DNA of 64,000 nt, from positions 1,553 through 65,552 of the forward strand of contig JACOUX010000057.1 in assembly GCA_016177615.1 (NCBI GenBank), given 5' to 3'. Positions within the stretch are counted from its first letter, which is position 1. Every line of letters begins with the position of its first letter. Positions 18,861 to 29,099 of this stretch are shown one piece after another. The stretch comes from Candidatus Woesearchaeota archaeon. GTDB lineage: Archaea > Nanobdellota > Nanobdellia > Woesearchaeales > GW2011-AR4. The notes under the pieces are model-generated. The model ran no database searches. It was not told the DNA's origin and saw nothing but the letters and a program-made list of their open reading frames with translations. The position numbers were made by a program, and so were the translations under genes.

Positions 18861-18886
18861 GTTACTGATTTTCTAATAAGTCGAAA

Positions 18887-20611
18887 ATGCTTTTTAAAAA
18901 ATTTTCAAAATTTCAGCTAATAGTGATAGCAGCGCTTCTTACGTCCTTAATAATGCAAATATTGATTGGAATGTTCCATAATTCAGTTGTATGGGACGAG
19001 CTTTGTTTTGTTGGGCAGGGAAGGGCTATATTAAGCACACTCAGCACTAAATATTCAATTTTTTCCGATCACCCCCCATTATCCTATTATCTCAACAGCT
19101 TGTTTCTTTTGCCATTAAAATTTGATAAAAATATACTGCAGGGTGGCGATGGCAACAAGCTCTGCTGGCAGATAGGGCATGATATTCTCTTTAATTCGGG
19201 ATACAATACAAACCTCATATTGCTGTTATCTAGGCTGCCTTTTATAATTTTGTCTGTAATATTGGGAGCATATGTGCTAAAATGGGCAACTGAGCTGTTC
19301 GGAGCAAAAAGCGGCACGCTTGCCCTATTCCTATACTCTTTTAACCCGTCAATTATAGCTTATTCCGGGCTGGCTACAACGGATTTTGCGGTTGCAGCGA
19401 TGATGTTCATCTCGATTTATTATTTCTGGAAGTTTGCAAACAACAGGTTTCAGAAAAATGTTGTTATGTGCGGGCTATTTTTTGCATTGGCCATGCTCTC
19501 TAAGGAGACTGCAATTATATTGCTGCCATTATTTTTATTAATAGGAATATTTGCTGCTTACCGCCATAAACTTGATTTAAGGATTTTTCTAAAAAGATTT
19601 GTTATAATCATTCTTATCGCATTTTTTGTAATGTGGCCATTTTATTTATTCCAGTTCGGCACAATATATGATCATCTCATGCCAAAATATTTTTCTGAAA
19701 AAGCCAGGGAAAAGATCATCAATATTCCATTAGTATCCAAGCCCGTACTTTTTGCATATGAAAGGATTAAGATGCCAATGCCGAGCCTTGTTGGAATGTA
19801 CATCTATTTACCATACCAAGCTGTTCAGGAGAAGAGCAATTTCGTTTTTGGCAGGATTACTGAAAAGAATGTGTGGTATATGGGGCTTTTGACCCTTTCC
19901 CTTAAGACCCACCTGTCTTTGCTGATTATACTAATTATGCTTGTATATTTTTGGAGAAAAAAGGAACACGCCAAATCAGCTGGTGTTTTCCTGATGCTTC
20001 CAATAGTGCTGATACTGCTCTTCTTCTCTGTGATTAACAAGTTTTCAGGGGTTCGGCACATTCTGGTAGCTTACCCTTTAATTTTTGTATTGGCTGGAAG
20101 CATAATTAATTTCACTATCAAGAAAAAATTTGTTTTCAATCTGGTTATCTTCCTCCTGCTTTTCTCTTATTTTATCTCGGCTGTTTTATCCCAGCCTTAC
20201 TATTTGTCTTACACCACTATTATAGTGGGCAGCAATGTGCAAAACATAGTTGTTGGGGCCAACCTGGATCAAGGCCAGGATTTATTGGAGCTAAAGGAGT
20301 ACCTTAAAGAGCACAATATAAATAAAATCAAGCTTAGCTACTGGGGCTCTGTTGACCCAAAAGACTATGGCATAAGTTATGAATATATGCCTTCCCCTTC
20401 ATTTCAGCCTTGGCAAAACAACTATTCCCATATTGTCGCTAACCAAACAAATGTCTCTGAAGACTGCTCTGAAAGAAAAGGGATGGTTGCAATCAGCGTA
20501 ACTAACCTTCAAAACGTGCACCTCTTTAACAAAACCTGCTATGATTGGCTCAAGAAATATGAACCAATAGAAAGAATAGGGCATTCAATATTTATTTATG
20601 ATATAAAATAA
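18887..20611 (+). CDS. GT-C fold membrane glycosyltransferase (ArnT/PMT-like, GT39/GT83-type)
   Basis: 574 aa with about 12 TM helices and a soluble C-terminal domain. Divergently paired with a Dol-P-sugar-synthase-like GT2. Confidence 0.7.
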   Translation: MLFKKFSKFQLIVIAALLTSLIMQILIGMFHNSVVWDELCFVGQGRAILSTLSTKYSIFSDHPPLSYYLNSLFLLPLKFDKNILQGGDGNKLCWQIGHDILFNSGYNTNLILLLSRLPFIILSVILGAYVLKWATELFGAKSGTLALFLYSFNPSIIAYSGLATTDFAVAAMMFISIYYFWKFANNRFQKNVVMCGLFFALAMLSKETAIILLPLFLLIGIFAAYRHKLDLRIFLKRFVIIILIAFFVMWPFYLFQFGTIYDHLMPKYFSEKAREKIINIPLVSKPVLFAYERIKMPMPSLVGMYIYLPYQAVQEKSNFVFGRITEKNVWYMGLLTLSLKTHLSLLIILIMLVYFWRKKEHAKSAGVFLMLPIVLILLFFSVINKFSGVRHILVAYPLIFVLAGSIINFTIKKKFVFNLVIFLLLFSYFISAVLSQPYYLSYTTIIVGSNVQNIVVGANLDQGQDLLELKEYLKEHNINKIKLSYWGSVDPKDYGISYEYMPSPSFQPWQNNYSHIVANQTNVSEDCSERKGMVAISVTNLQNVHLFNKTCYDWLKKYEPIERIGHSIFIYDIK

Positions 20612-20617
20612 GAAACA

Positions 20618-21634
20618 TCATTCTTTGTCATTGTTCTTCCACTTCCACATATGCTCTTCATCAATGAATTTTCTTTCCCATATCCACTGGCTTCCATTTC
20701 CCTTAAACCAGTCTATCGTCTTTTTCAGTCCTTCCTGAAAGCCAGTTGTCGGCTTCCATCCGGTCAATCTGTTCATTTTAGAATAATCTGCCTGCAGCCT
20801 TTCAACATCCAATGGCCTTAGGCGCCTGTTGATAACCTCTATATCCACCGAACTGTATCCCATTAAGGATCCTGCGATTTCTGCCATCTCCTTTATGCTC
20901 CAGTCTTTTCCGGAGCCCATGTTCACAACTTCGCCTACAGCATCGTTACACTTCATGAGTTCTATCGCGCCTCTGGCAGCATCCGTGACATAAGTCATGT
21001 CTCTTCTTGCATTTATGTTTCCAAGCTTTAGCCTGCTGCTTTTTGACAACTGCTTAATTAGCTCCGCAATTACATACGGCTGCGTTATTCTTGGGCCGTA
21101 AACGTTGAACTGCCTGAGAATAATCACCGGAATCTCTTGCTCATGGTGAAGTGTATAGCAAAGCCTGTCAGCTGCAAGCTTACTGACGGCATAGGTTGAG
21201 CACGGGAAAGTAGGATGGTTTTCATCCATTGGAACGTATTTTGCCGTGCCGTAAACCTCCGACGTTGAATATTGTATGATTCTCCTCACGCCTGCTTCTT
21301 TGGAGGCGAGCATCATGTTAAGAACGCCTCTTGCATCTACATCAAAAAATTCCTCTGGCTTGTCGTATGATTCCGGAATAAAGGGAAATGCAGCAAGATT
21401 AAAGATATACTCTATTCCGTGCTTGCTTAGGAGCTTGGAGAGATTTTTGTCCCTTATGTCGCCGTTGATTACAGTCAGCTCATCCTTGACTTCTTCTATA
21501 TTCGCTACATCCCCGCTCGTGAAATTATCAAGAATTATGACATTTGAGCCCTCGCCAAGAAGTTCCCTTACCAGCGTTGAGCCTATAAAGCCAGCGCCGC
21601 CAGATACCAAAATATTTTTATTTTTGAAGTTCAT
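20618..21634 (-). CDS. NAD-dependent NDP-sugar epimerase/dehydratase (extended SDR)
   Basis: [29 protein letters not shown] (YxxxK). Confidence 0.8.
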   Translation of the reverse strand: MNFKNKNILVSGGAGFIGSTLVRELLGEGSNVIILDNFTSGDVANIEEVKDELTVINGDIRDKNLSKLLSKHGIEYIFNLAAFPFIPESYDKPEEFFDVDARGVLNMMLASKEAGVRRIIQYSTSEVYGTAKYVPMDENHPTFPCSTYAVSKLAADRLCYTLHHEQEIPVIILRQFNVYGPRITQPYVIAELIKQLSKSSRLKLGNINARRDMTYVTDAARGAIELMKCNDAVGEVVNMGSGKDWSIKEMAEIAGSLMGYSSVDIEVINRRLRPLDVERLQADYSKMNRLTGWKPTTGFQEGLKKTIDWFKGNGSQWIWERKFIDEEHMWKWKNNDKE

Positions 21635-21704
21635 TAGCCCCGGAAGACATCAGATAAAAATATATAAATGTATCGGAAGTGGGAAACTTCCATATTAATA
21701 TCCT

Positions 21705-22730
21705 TTATTTAACCAGCTCTTTATAGTACTCTTCAAAACTTATTGGCTTCCAGTCAGGAAATTTTCCAGGGCCCTTTGGGACATTCCAGTATTCATTGTT
21801 CACAAGAATGCTAGCCTGCCAAATCCTGTTATATGCTTTATGCGGGACAAAATGCTGGATAAACTGTTTTTTTGCAGCGATGATTGAGCAGGCCCTCCAA
21901 AATAAATTTGGGAGCTTGATTGGCCTGTATGGTATTACGTATGCTCTGTGAATTATCCTGCTTATGTCAGCAAATGTTATTGCCTCTGATGACGGCGTAT
22001 AAATTTCGTAATGACCGCCCCTACTCTTTTTGCCAGACACCATTATCAAAAATCTTACCAAATCATTCACATTCGCGATGCTCATCTTCCCCGGCCAGTT
22101 CAGCCTTGTAATGAACGAGCCATTGATGACCATCTTGTGGGTCCCGTCAAACAATCCGCCGGTCCTTGCACCTATGCCGTATACAGCAGGCACCCTCATT
22201 ATAGACAGTCTAAATCCCATTTCTTTGCATTTCTTGATCAAATACTTTTCAGTAAGCAGCTTTCTGCGCCCGTACTCATTGGCAGGCTCATCGAATGGGC
22301 TGTTCTCATTGATTGGGTGAGAGTAGTCCTTCCTGTTATCTGTTACTGCAATCGAGCTGGTATATAGAAAATGAGTGCTTTTATTTAATGACCCTATCGC
22401 TTCAATCAGATTTTTGGTGCCGACATCATTGACGCTGTGATCCTTTACTGAAGTGTCTGTTATGGAAGCCAGATGATAGACAATCCTTGGATTTTTTGGG
22501 ACTTTCTTTAATGTGGACTTATCCATTAAGTCTACCGGCATATAAGACAAGCCTAATTTTTTAAGATTGTCCCTTCCGGTTATTTCCAGGAAGGAGGATG
22601 AATTTTCATGAACAAGGCAGAGAATATCTCTTCTGCTGTGGATCTCGGACAATTCTGCAACAAGATGCCTTCCAATGAAGCCGCTTGCGCCCGTAACCAG
22701 AATTCCAGGTTTTTTTTTGTAAGCTGCCAT
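21705..22730 (-). CDS. NAD-dependent epimerase/dehydratase-family protein
   Basis: VTGASGFIGRHLV and YGRRKLLTE. Confidence 0.7.
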   Translation of the reverse strand: MAAYKKKPGILVTGASGFIGRHLVAELSEIHSRRDILCLVHENSSSFLEITGRDNLKKLGLSYMPVDLMDKSTLKKVPKNPRIVYHLASITDTSVKDHSVNDVGTKNLIEAIGSLNKSTHFLYTSSIAVTDNRKDYSHPINENSPFDEPANEYGRRKLLTEKYLIKKCKEMGFRLSIMRVPAVYGIGARTGGLFDGTHKMVINGSFITRLNWPGKMSIANVNDLVRFLIMVSGKKSRGGHYEIYTPSSEAITFADISRIIHRAYVIPYRPIKLPNLFWRACSIIAAKKQFIQHFVPHKAYNRIWQASILVNNEYWNVPKGPGKFPDWKPISFEEYYKELVK

Positions 22731-22769
22731 GGAGCCAATTCTGGAAAGATTATCGTCTTATTTATAAAA

Positions 22770-23216
22770 TTATCTTTGGGTTTCCTTCAAGTCTTCCATA
22801 AATTTTTTTGATAGCGATTCAAACCTTTTTCTTGAAATTTCCTTTCTTTTCCATCTCCCAATCTTTATGCCGTCATTGGGATCTCGCGGAATAACGTGAA
22901 AATGGGCGTGATTAATGTACTGGCCTGCACATTTGCCGTTATTGACAAGTATGTTGCAGCCTTTATGGGACTTTCTTATCATTTTTGAGATAAGTGCGGC
23001 ATGCCCAGCCAGTTCATTCAATATATTTTTTGGGATATGCTCTACATACCTAAAGTGCTTTCTGGGGATAATTACAGTATGACCGTCCTCGTGCGCTGGA
23101 AAGTCTATAGAAAGGAAAGACATGATATTCTTGCTCTTGTGAATAGGAATAAATGGATACCTATTTTTGTTTGCCTTTCTTTTGCCGGAAGCAAATCCGC
23201 AAAAAACACATCCCAT
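22770..23216 (-). CDS. HIT (histidine triad) family nucleotide hydrolase/transferase
   Basis: HAHFHVIPR triad. Start taken at MGCVFCGF; the tracked ORF extends to 23237. Confidence 0.8.
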   Translation of the reverse strand: MGCVFCGFASGKRKANKNRYPFIPIHKSKNIMSFLSIDFPAHEDGHTVIIPRKHFRYVEHIPKNILNELAGHAALISKMIRKSHKGCNILVNNGKCAGQYINHAHFHVIPRDPNDGIKIGRWKRKEISRKRFESLSKKFMEDLKETQR

Positions 23217-23267
23217 AACAGATAAATATAAGACCAAGTATATTAATATTATGAGTACGCATTAAGA

Positions 23268-23936
23268 ATGAAAAATCTCTGGCTTTTTGACATTGACGGG
23301 ACTCTTGTAGACATTAACAGGCTGCATCTGGAATCCTATAAGAAAATATACTTGTCCAACGGAATAAAAGTTCCGGACAAAGTGATTATATCAACTTTCG
23401 GAATGACTGAAAAGGAGCTCCATAAGGAGATATTCAAGGAAATTGGGCTTAAGTATGATAGCCATCTGGCTGAAAAAATGAAGAAAGAGCATGGCAATGC
23501 CCTTTTCAGTTCCATCAGGGAAATAAGGCACATAAAGCCGATTAAAGGAGTTCGTGAGTTACTGGACAGCATGGCAAAAAATAAGGAGTTCATTGGAGTT
23601 GTTACAGGAAACATAAAAGAAAATGCAATGCTTATACTTAAAAAATCCAGGCTGGCGCATTTTTTTAGCATCATAGGGTATGATGATGGCGGAAAATCAA
23701 GGAAGCAGATAGTCAAGGATACCATTTCCAGGGCAAGGAAAAAATTTAATTTTGAAAATGTGATTGTGATTGGCGACACGATTTATGACATAGAAGCGGG
23801 AAAATATGCAAAAGCGTTTACTGTCGGGGTTGCTACCGGCTCTGACAGCTTGGGCAAATTGAGGAATGCGAAGCCTGATGCTGCTTTAAGAAGACTAACT
23901 GATTATAAAAAAATATTGAGAGCTTTGCGGTTATGA
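23268..23936 (+). CDS. HAD-superfamily phosphatase
   Basis: LFDIDGTLVD motif I and GDTIYDIEAG motif IV. Confidence 0.75.
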   Translation: MKNLWLFDIDGTLVDINRLHLESYKKIYLSNGIKVPDKVIISTFGMTEKELHKEIFKEIGLKYDSHLAEKMKKEHGNALFSSIREIRHIKPIKGVRELLDSMAKNKEFIGVVTGNIKENAMLILKKSRLAHFFSIIGYDDGGKSRKQIVKDTISRARKKFNFENVIVIGDTIYDIEAGKYAKAFTVGVATGSDSLGKLRNAKPDAALRRLTDYKKILRALRL

Positions 23937-23988
23937 CGTTACGATTTCCACGCGCTCAAATTATATATCTACTTTTTAGTAACGAAAA

Positions 23989-23996
23989 ATTTAAAA
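23989..23996 (+). promoter_or_regulatory. TATA box (ATTTAAAA)
   Basis: Centre is about 29 nt upstream of the ATG at 24022. Confidence 0.45.
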
Positions 23997-24021
23997 AGCA
24001 CACGCTCTTTCAATAACAAAA

Positions 24022-24915
24022 ATGAGAGATACAATCGAGCATATTGTCATTGAAACAAAGGACCATATTCCCCTTGACAGAAGTGCCGTGGAAAAGCGCA
24101 CATTAAGCTTTCGCAGGGGAAGGTCACCAGCAAATTTCCATTTGGGCGGTAGGCAAAAAAGAATGTCTTATGAGGATGCCTTAAAATATCGCCAGCACCT
24201 TGCCGATACTGGCCAGATAAATCTGCGACATCCTGAATATGGTGATGAAACAAGGCCTAGTTTTGATCGGGCAAGAATTGAAGGAAATTTGATTCATGTA
24301 TATGTTGGCTTAACGAGCTATCCTGCATTTAACGCTGATTTAGAGAGAGGTGCCCAAAGCCCAGAGATGAATGAGCGCTTAAAGCAGTTAGGCATCCGGC
24401 ACTTTAATGACCCATGGGCTTATTTTCAGCAGGCAATAGGAACTGCAGGATTGGTAATAACAGCAAATGGCTCAGCAGTAATTGGAAAAAGAAACGACAG
24501 GGCTTATAATGGATTTTTTGATTCTATTGCAGGATATGTATTAATAAGTCCTTGGGAAATTGAGAAGCCAAGCTCAATAGATCCTCAATTAGATCTTGAA
24601 AGATTAGCTGAAGAAGAACTCGGCATAAGGGGAGGGGAAATAGAAAGTATAATTCCAGTAGGGTTTCATGGACACATTAACACAGGAGAATTTGATATTA
24701 CATACATTGTCAAAGTAAATCTAGGCGACAGTCATTTTAGATCAGGATATTGGAAAAGCAAAGTAGATAAAACTAAACACAGAGAATTGGCGTTACTAAG
24801 CTTTGATGAAGTCCAATCTGTCTTAAAAGGGCAAATGATGCCAAATGAGCAATTTATGTATTCAACATGGGGTGCAATGAAAAGCCTTAGAAGAAAAGAT
24901 TTGGGGATGTTTTGA
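24022..24915 (+). CDS. hypothetical protein with a partial Nudix-box-like segment
   Basis: 297 aa. LERLAEEELGI resembles the REx2EExGU part of a Nudix box, but the full signature is absent. Confidence 0.4.
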   Translation: MRDTIEHIVIETKDHIPLDRSAVEKRTLSFRRGRSPANFHLGGRQKRMSYEDALKYRQHLADTGQINLRHPEYGDETRPSFDRARIEGNLIHVYVGLTSYPAFNADLERGAQSPEMNERLKQLGIRHFNDPWAYFQQAIGTAGLVITANGSAVIGKRNDRAYNGFFDSIAGYVLISPWEIEKPSSIDPQLDLERLAEEELGIRGGEIESIIPVGFHGHINTGEFDITYIVKVNLGDSHFRSGYWKSKVDKTKHRELALLSFDEVQSVLKGQMMPNEQFMYSTWGAMKSLRRKDLGMF

Positions 24916-24932
24916 TCTGATTTTTAATACCC

Positions 24933-25930
24933 CTAACTTCCAGATTTAATCTCTTTCTCCAACTCCTTCACGTCATGCTCTACCATGATCTTAACCAGTT
25001 CTTTAAGCTTGGTCTTGGGCCTGTAGCCAAACGCTTTGCTAGCTTTTGAAAAATCCCCTGTTAAAGTGTCTGTCTTGCCTGGCCTCAAAAGCTTTGGATC
25101 AATCCCTATGTATTTTTTGGCATTAAGCCCAACGCATTTGAATGCCTCTTCTGCGAATTCCCTTATTGAATAGGTTTCCCCTGTGCAGATGATAAATTCA
25201 TCAGGCTTTTTCTGCTGCATGATGCTCCAGGCAGCCTCAACATAGTCTTTTGCATATCCAAAATCTATTTTTATGCTTATGTCGCCTAAATACAGCTTTT
25301 TCTGCAGGCCTTTCGATATCCTTGCGGCTGCTTTTGTAATCTTTCTGGTTACATATTCCTCGCTTCTTCTTGGAGATTCATGGTTGTAGAAGATTGCTGT
25401 CGAGGCAAAAAGCCCAAAAACCTCTCTGTAATACCTTGCCAGGAGAAATGCGTATGCCTTGGCGCAGCCGTACATGCTCTGCGGTCTGAAGTAGGATTCT
25501 TCGGTTTGCGGAATGCGCGCCTTGCCGAACATGTTTGACGAGACCGGCTGGAAGAATTTTATTTTGCCGTCAACCTGCTTTATTATTTCAAGAATCCTGC
25601 CCACAGCAGCCCCTGTAATGTCAGACGTATAGTCAATAGAGTCATAGCTCCAGCTTACATGGTCCTGGTCTGCGAAATTATATACCTCCTGCGGCCTTAC
25701 AGAATTTATAACCCTGTACAGAGATGTAGCATCTGCAAGGTCTCCCTTATGCAATGTAATCTTATTTAGAATGCCAAGTATATTCTTCTTGTTCCCTGTG
25801 GCTGACCTTCTTATCAGGCCATGGACTTCATAACCCTTGCCGAGCAAAAGCTCTGCTAGATATGAACCGTCTGCCCTGCTGCTTCAACTTGGCCGGTTAT
25901 ACCCAAAACAAGGGCTTTTTTTTGTGGCAT
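24933..25930 (-). pseudogene. gmd: GDP-mannose 4,6-dehydratase interrupted by a 17-nt insertion inside the Rossmann loop
   Basis: The ATG at 25930 gives MPQKKALVLGITGQ, then VEAAGQTVHI and a stop. The -1 frame continues DGSYLAELLLGKGYEVHGLIRR and 300 more Gmd-like residues. Removing about 25872-25888 restores GITGQDGSYL. Confidence 0.7.
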
Positions 25931-26019
25931 TACCAATACACCTTTAGACTGCTATTTACTGCCTATTTATAAAATTAATCAAATTTCTCTATAACTAATT
26001 TTTTGCGGTTCATGAAGTC

Positions 26020-27261
26020 TTAAATCACCCTAAACTCCGGAATCGGGACAATAAACTTGCCTCCCTTTGCTCTCCATTCCCTTTCCCTTTCTAAAAACTC
26101 ATTCAGAAAGGCATAGGGCAAAACCAAAAAATAATCAGCATCTTTTCTTGCCTCATCTTCGCTCATTATTGGAATCCATGTGCCGATTGTGTACCTTCCC
26201 CATTTTTCAGGGCTTTTGTCAGCAGCGCCTTCTATGATATTGTTATCTAATCCGTAATATTGCAGGATTGTGTTGCCTTTTGTAGAAGCTCCGTATACAT
26301 AAACCTTTTTGCCTTTTTTAACTTCCTGCCTTATGAATTCAACGCATTTTTTTTTGTTGCCCTCAATTCTTTCAAAAAAATCCATGTAATCCTTTTTTGT
26401 GAACTTCTCATCAAATGCAATGCTTCCGCTCTTAAAGTGCCTTGCATACAGCCTGTAAGATCCGCCATTTATGTCATTTTCCTCTATCCTGAAAATTTCC
26501 ATGCCATTTTTCTCAAAAAGGTATTTCAAAGATTCCAAGGAGTAAAACTCAAGATGCTCGTGGCATAGATTTCCTACGTCATTTTTCTCAAGCATGTTCT
26601 TGAGGCACATGAGCTGTGCAACAAAAATTCCATTATTCGCCATTGCTTTAGCAGCATCAGCGACAAACTGATTTGGATCTTCCATATCATAAAACATCCC
26701 AAGTGCTGTTACAACTTTTGCTTTTGGAACGTCAAGCTTTTGATAAGCATCATAAGCCCAGAAATCATGAATTACATATTCGCAGTTCTTCTTCAAAGAA
26801 TCAATGAGGTTGTTTGCAGGCTCGCAGCCGACTCTTGTAATTCCTTTTCCGTAAAAGCTCAAAAGAGTTCCGTCATTTGCGCCAATGTCAAGCGCAACAT
26901 CCCCTTTGCCAAGATTTGCCATCTTAGACACAGTATCAACAATTTCCTTCAGAGCCCTTTTCATTGTATCTGTGACACCGGACCTGTACCAGTAAAACCT
27001 TGCATACATAAGCTCCTGCGGCGCAGTATGCCTTAGCTGCAGCAGCGAGCAGTTGTTGCATAAAACCAGCTCCAAAGGCGCCTTGATTCCTTTTCCTATG
27101 CCCTCTCTCTTGACAAAATTGTTTACATACTGCATGCCTATTGAAAATACAGGCTCCAGCCTATCAAAGCCACATACCCTGCAGGTCTTTCTTGCAATAA
27201 TCTGCAAATTCTCAATCGCAACAGTATCCTGGTCCATATAACATAAAGAGTCCTGAAACAT
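26020..27261 (-). CDS. NDP-hexose C-methyltransferase-like enzyme (zinc-ribbon N-terminus, SAM MTase, C-terminal domain)
   Basis: CRVCG..CNNC zinc ribbon, LDIGANDGT SAM motif; 413 aa. Confidence 0.7.
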   Translation of the reverse strand: MFQDSLCYMDQDTVAIENLQIIARKTCRVCGFDRLEPVFSIGMQYVNNFVKREGIGKGIKAPLELVLCNNCSLLQLRHTAPQELMYARFYWYRSGVTDTMKRALKEIVDTVSKMANLGKGDVALDIGANDGTLLSFYGKGITRVGCEPANNLIDSLKKNCEYVIHDFWAYDAYQKLDVPKAKVVTALGMFYDMEDPNQFVADAAKAMANNGIFVAQLMCLKNMLEKNDVGNLCHEHLEFYSLESLKYLFEKNGMEIFRIEENDINGGSYRLYARHFKSGSIAFDEKFTKKDYMDFFERIEGNKKKCVEFIRQEVKKGKKVYVYGASTKGNTILQYYGLDNNIIEGAADKSPEKWGRYTIGTWIPIMSEDEARKDADYFLVLPYAFLNEFLEREREWRAKGGKFIVPIPEFRVI

Positions 27262-27274
27262 TATTTAAATATGT

Positions 27275-27985
27275 TTATATCGTAAATCTGAATTTAATTA
27301 TTTTTAGCCCATACTGCATCCCATACTTGAGAAGCGTAAGAATATTGCCATCGGTTTTTGAGGTTCCGCCTTTTCTTTGGCTGTAAACATATCCAACCTC
27401 GGCAATCCTAAGCCCCTTTTTATGGCATCTGTACATCAGCTCAATAAAATATTCGCCAAAGCCTTCCTTTGGAAATTTCACCCTCTTAAACACGTTCCTT
27501 TTAGCGGCTGCAAATCCTGATGTGTGGTCTTTGATATATTTTCCCAGCACAAATGAGGCAAATAGGTTTATTAAATCGCTAAGGAAGACCCTCCATTTGG
27601 CCCTTGCATCTCTGCCTCCTTTCACATAGCGCGACCCTATGACTATATCACAACCGTCTAATTTTTCCAGAAGCTTTGGAATTTCCTCAGGCGGGATTCC
27701 CAAGTCGCAGTCAAGCCATACAACAATATCTCCTCTTGATTTTCCAACCCCTCTTGCCAATGCAGATGCAAGGCCCCTTTCATCAGCCCTTCTTATCACT
27801 TTTGCCCTGTATTTTTTCATTTTTTCCACTATTTTCCATGTCTCATCTGGGCTGTTGTCATCTACCACTATTATTTCAAATAACTCATCTCCAAGGGCAC
27901 TATAGGTCCTCTTGATGGCCTCTCCGATATTCGCGCTTTCATTATAGGAAGGAAATACAACAGAGACACGTTTTCTATTTTTCAT
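27275..27985 (-). CDS. GT2 glycosyltransferase (Dol-P-mannose synthase-like, soluble form)
   Basis: VVFPSYNESANI, VVDDNSPDET, WLDCDLG. Confidence 0.8.
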   Translation of the reverse strand: MKNRKRVSVVFPSYNESANIGEAIKRTYSALGDELFEIIVVDDNSPDETWKIVEKMKKYRAKVIRRADERGLASALARGVGKSRGDIVVWLDCDLGIPPEEIPKLLEKLDGCDIVIGSRYVKGGRDARAKWRVFLSDLINLFASFVLGKYIKDHTSGFAAAKRNVFKRVKFPKEGFGEYFIELMYRCHKKGLRIAEVGYVYSQRKGGTSKTDGNILTLLKYGMQYGLKIIKFRFTI

Positions 27986-29099
27986 TTTTAACTGACTTTA
28001 ATTTTATGCAATCAACAATAAATCTTATCTGCTCTTTGGTCAGGTGGCTGGAAGAAGGCAGATAAAATCCCTTCTCCTCAAGCTCATCTGAACATGGGTA
28101 CTTTCCGCCAATGTTCGGAAACCTTTTGTCTGCCCCCTTATAGGCAGGCTGCTTGTGCATCCCAATAAAAAAATTCCTAGTTTCAACCCCGGATTTTTCA
28201 AGATGGGCGACAAGCTCTTTCTTTCCCAATCCAAACTCCCTTTGCACGAGTATTCCATACATCCAATAAACATTTTTTGCCCATTCGGCTTCAGGAGGCG
28301 CAGTTATTCCTTTGGTATTCCTGAGCATTCTATTGTAGATTTGCGCATTTTTTCTCCTTGCCGATACAAGCTCCTCAACTCTCTCAAGCTGCGCCAGCCC
28401 GATTGCAGCCTGTATATTTGTCATCCTGTAATTATAGCCTATTTTCTGGTGCAGGAATCTAGGCTCGCCAAAATAATGGTTGCGCAGCTTTCTCGCATTC
28501 TCGGCCCATTTTTTGTTGCTTGTGACGACCATTCCGCCTTCTCCGCTTACTAAGATTTTGTTTCCATAAAAGCTGAAGCATGCTATGTCTCCAAGGCTGC
28601 CTGTTTTTTTACCCTTGTACTCCGCCCCGTGGGCTTCGGCAGCATCCTCGATTATTGGCAAATCATATTTTGAAGAAATTTTTTTCAGCTTATCCATGTC
28701 AACAGGATGCCCGTAAGTATGCACAACCATTATAGCTTTTGTTTTTTTGGTTATTTTTTCTTCAATTTTGCCGATGTCAATGTTCCATGTTCCAAATTCA
28801 GAATCAACCAAAACCGGCTTTGCTCCTGAGTAGATCACAGCGTTGCACGAAGCAATCATTGTGAATGTTGGTATTATGACTTCATCTCCGTGGCCTATCC
28901 CCATGGACTCGATGGCGAGGTGGAGGGCAGCAGTGCCATTGGAGCAGCTGATTCCATAAGGAACTTTGCAGTAGCTGCTGAATTTTTCTTCAAACTCTTT
29001 TATGAATCTTCCAGATGAAGATATCCATCCGGATTTGACGCATTCAATGACATACTTCAATTCATTTCCCCTTAAAGTTGGCTCGCAAACAGGTATCAT
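27975..29099 (-). CDS. DegT/DnrJ/EryC1-family PLP-dependent sugar aminotransferase
   Basis: 374 aa with the SFYGNKILVSGEGG lysine motif and an N-terminal EL.Y...V..GWIS pattern. Confidence 0.85.
   Translation of the reverse strand: MIPVCEPTLRGNELKYVIECVKSGWISSSGRFIKEFEEKFSSYCKVPYGISCSNGTAALHLAIESMGIGHGDEVIIPTFTMIASCNAVIYSGAKPVLVDSEFGTWNIDIGKIEEKITKKTKAIMVVHTYGHPVDMDKLKKISSKYDLPIIEDAAEAHGAEYKGKKTGSLGDIACFSFYGNKILVSGEGGMVVTSNKKWAENARKLRNHYFGEPRFLHQKIGYNYRMTNIQAAIGLAQLERVEELVSARRKNAQIYNRMLRNTKGITAPPEAEWAKNVYWMYGILVQREFGLGKKELVAHLEKSGVETRNFFIGMHKQPAYKGADKRFPNIGGKYPCSDELEEKGFYLPSSSHLTKEQIRFIVDCIKLKSVKNEK

Noticed and set aside
25866-25894. The 17-nt interruption in gmd as an archaeal BHB-type mRNA intron, like the cbf5 pre-mRNA introns.
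   Set aside because: I tested all three equivalent excision registers. None gives a 4-bp central helix flanked by 3-nt bulges. A frameshift, pseudogene or sequencing error is more parsimonious.
25916-25923. The homopolymer A8 (T8 on the plus strand) at the gmd 5' end as the frameshift or phase-variation site.
   Set aside because: With eight A's the frame from the ATG through KKALVLGITGQ is correct. The frame break occurs about 30 nt further downstream, not at the homopolymer.
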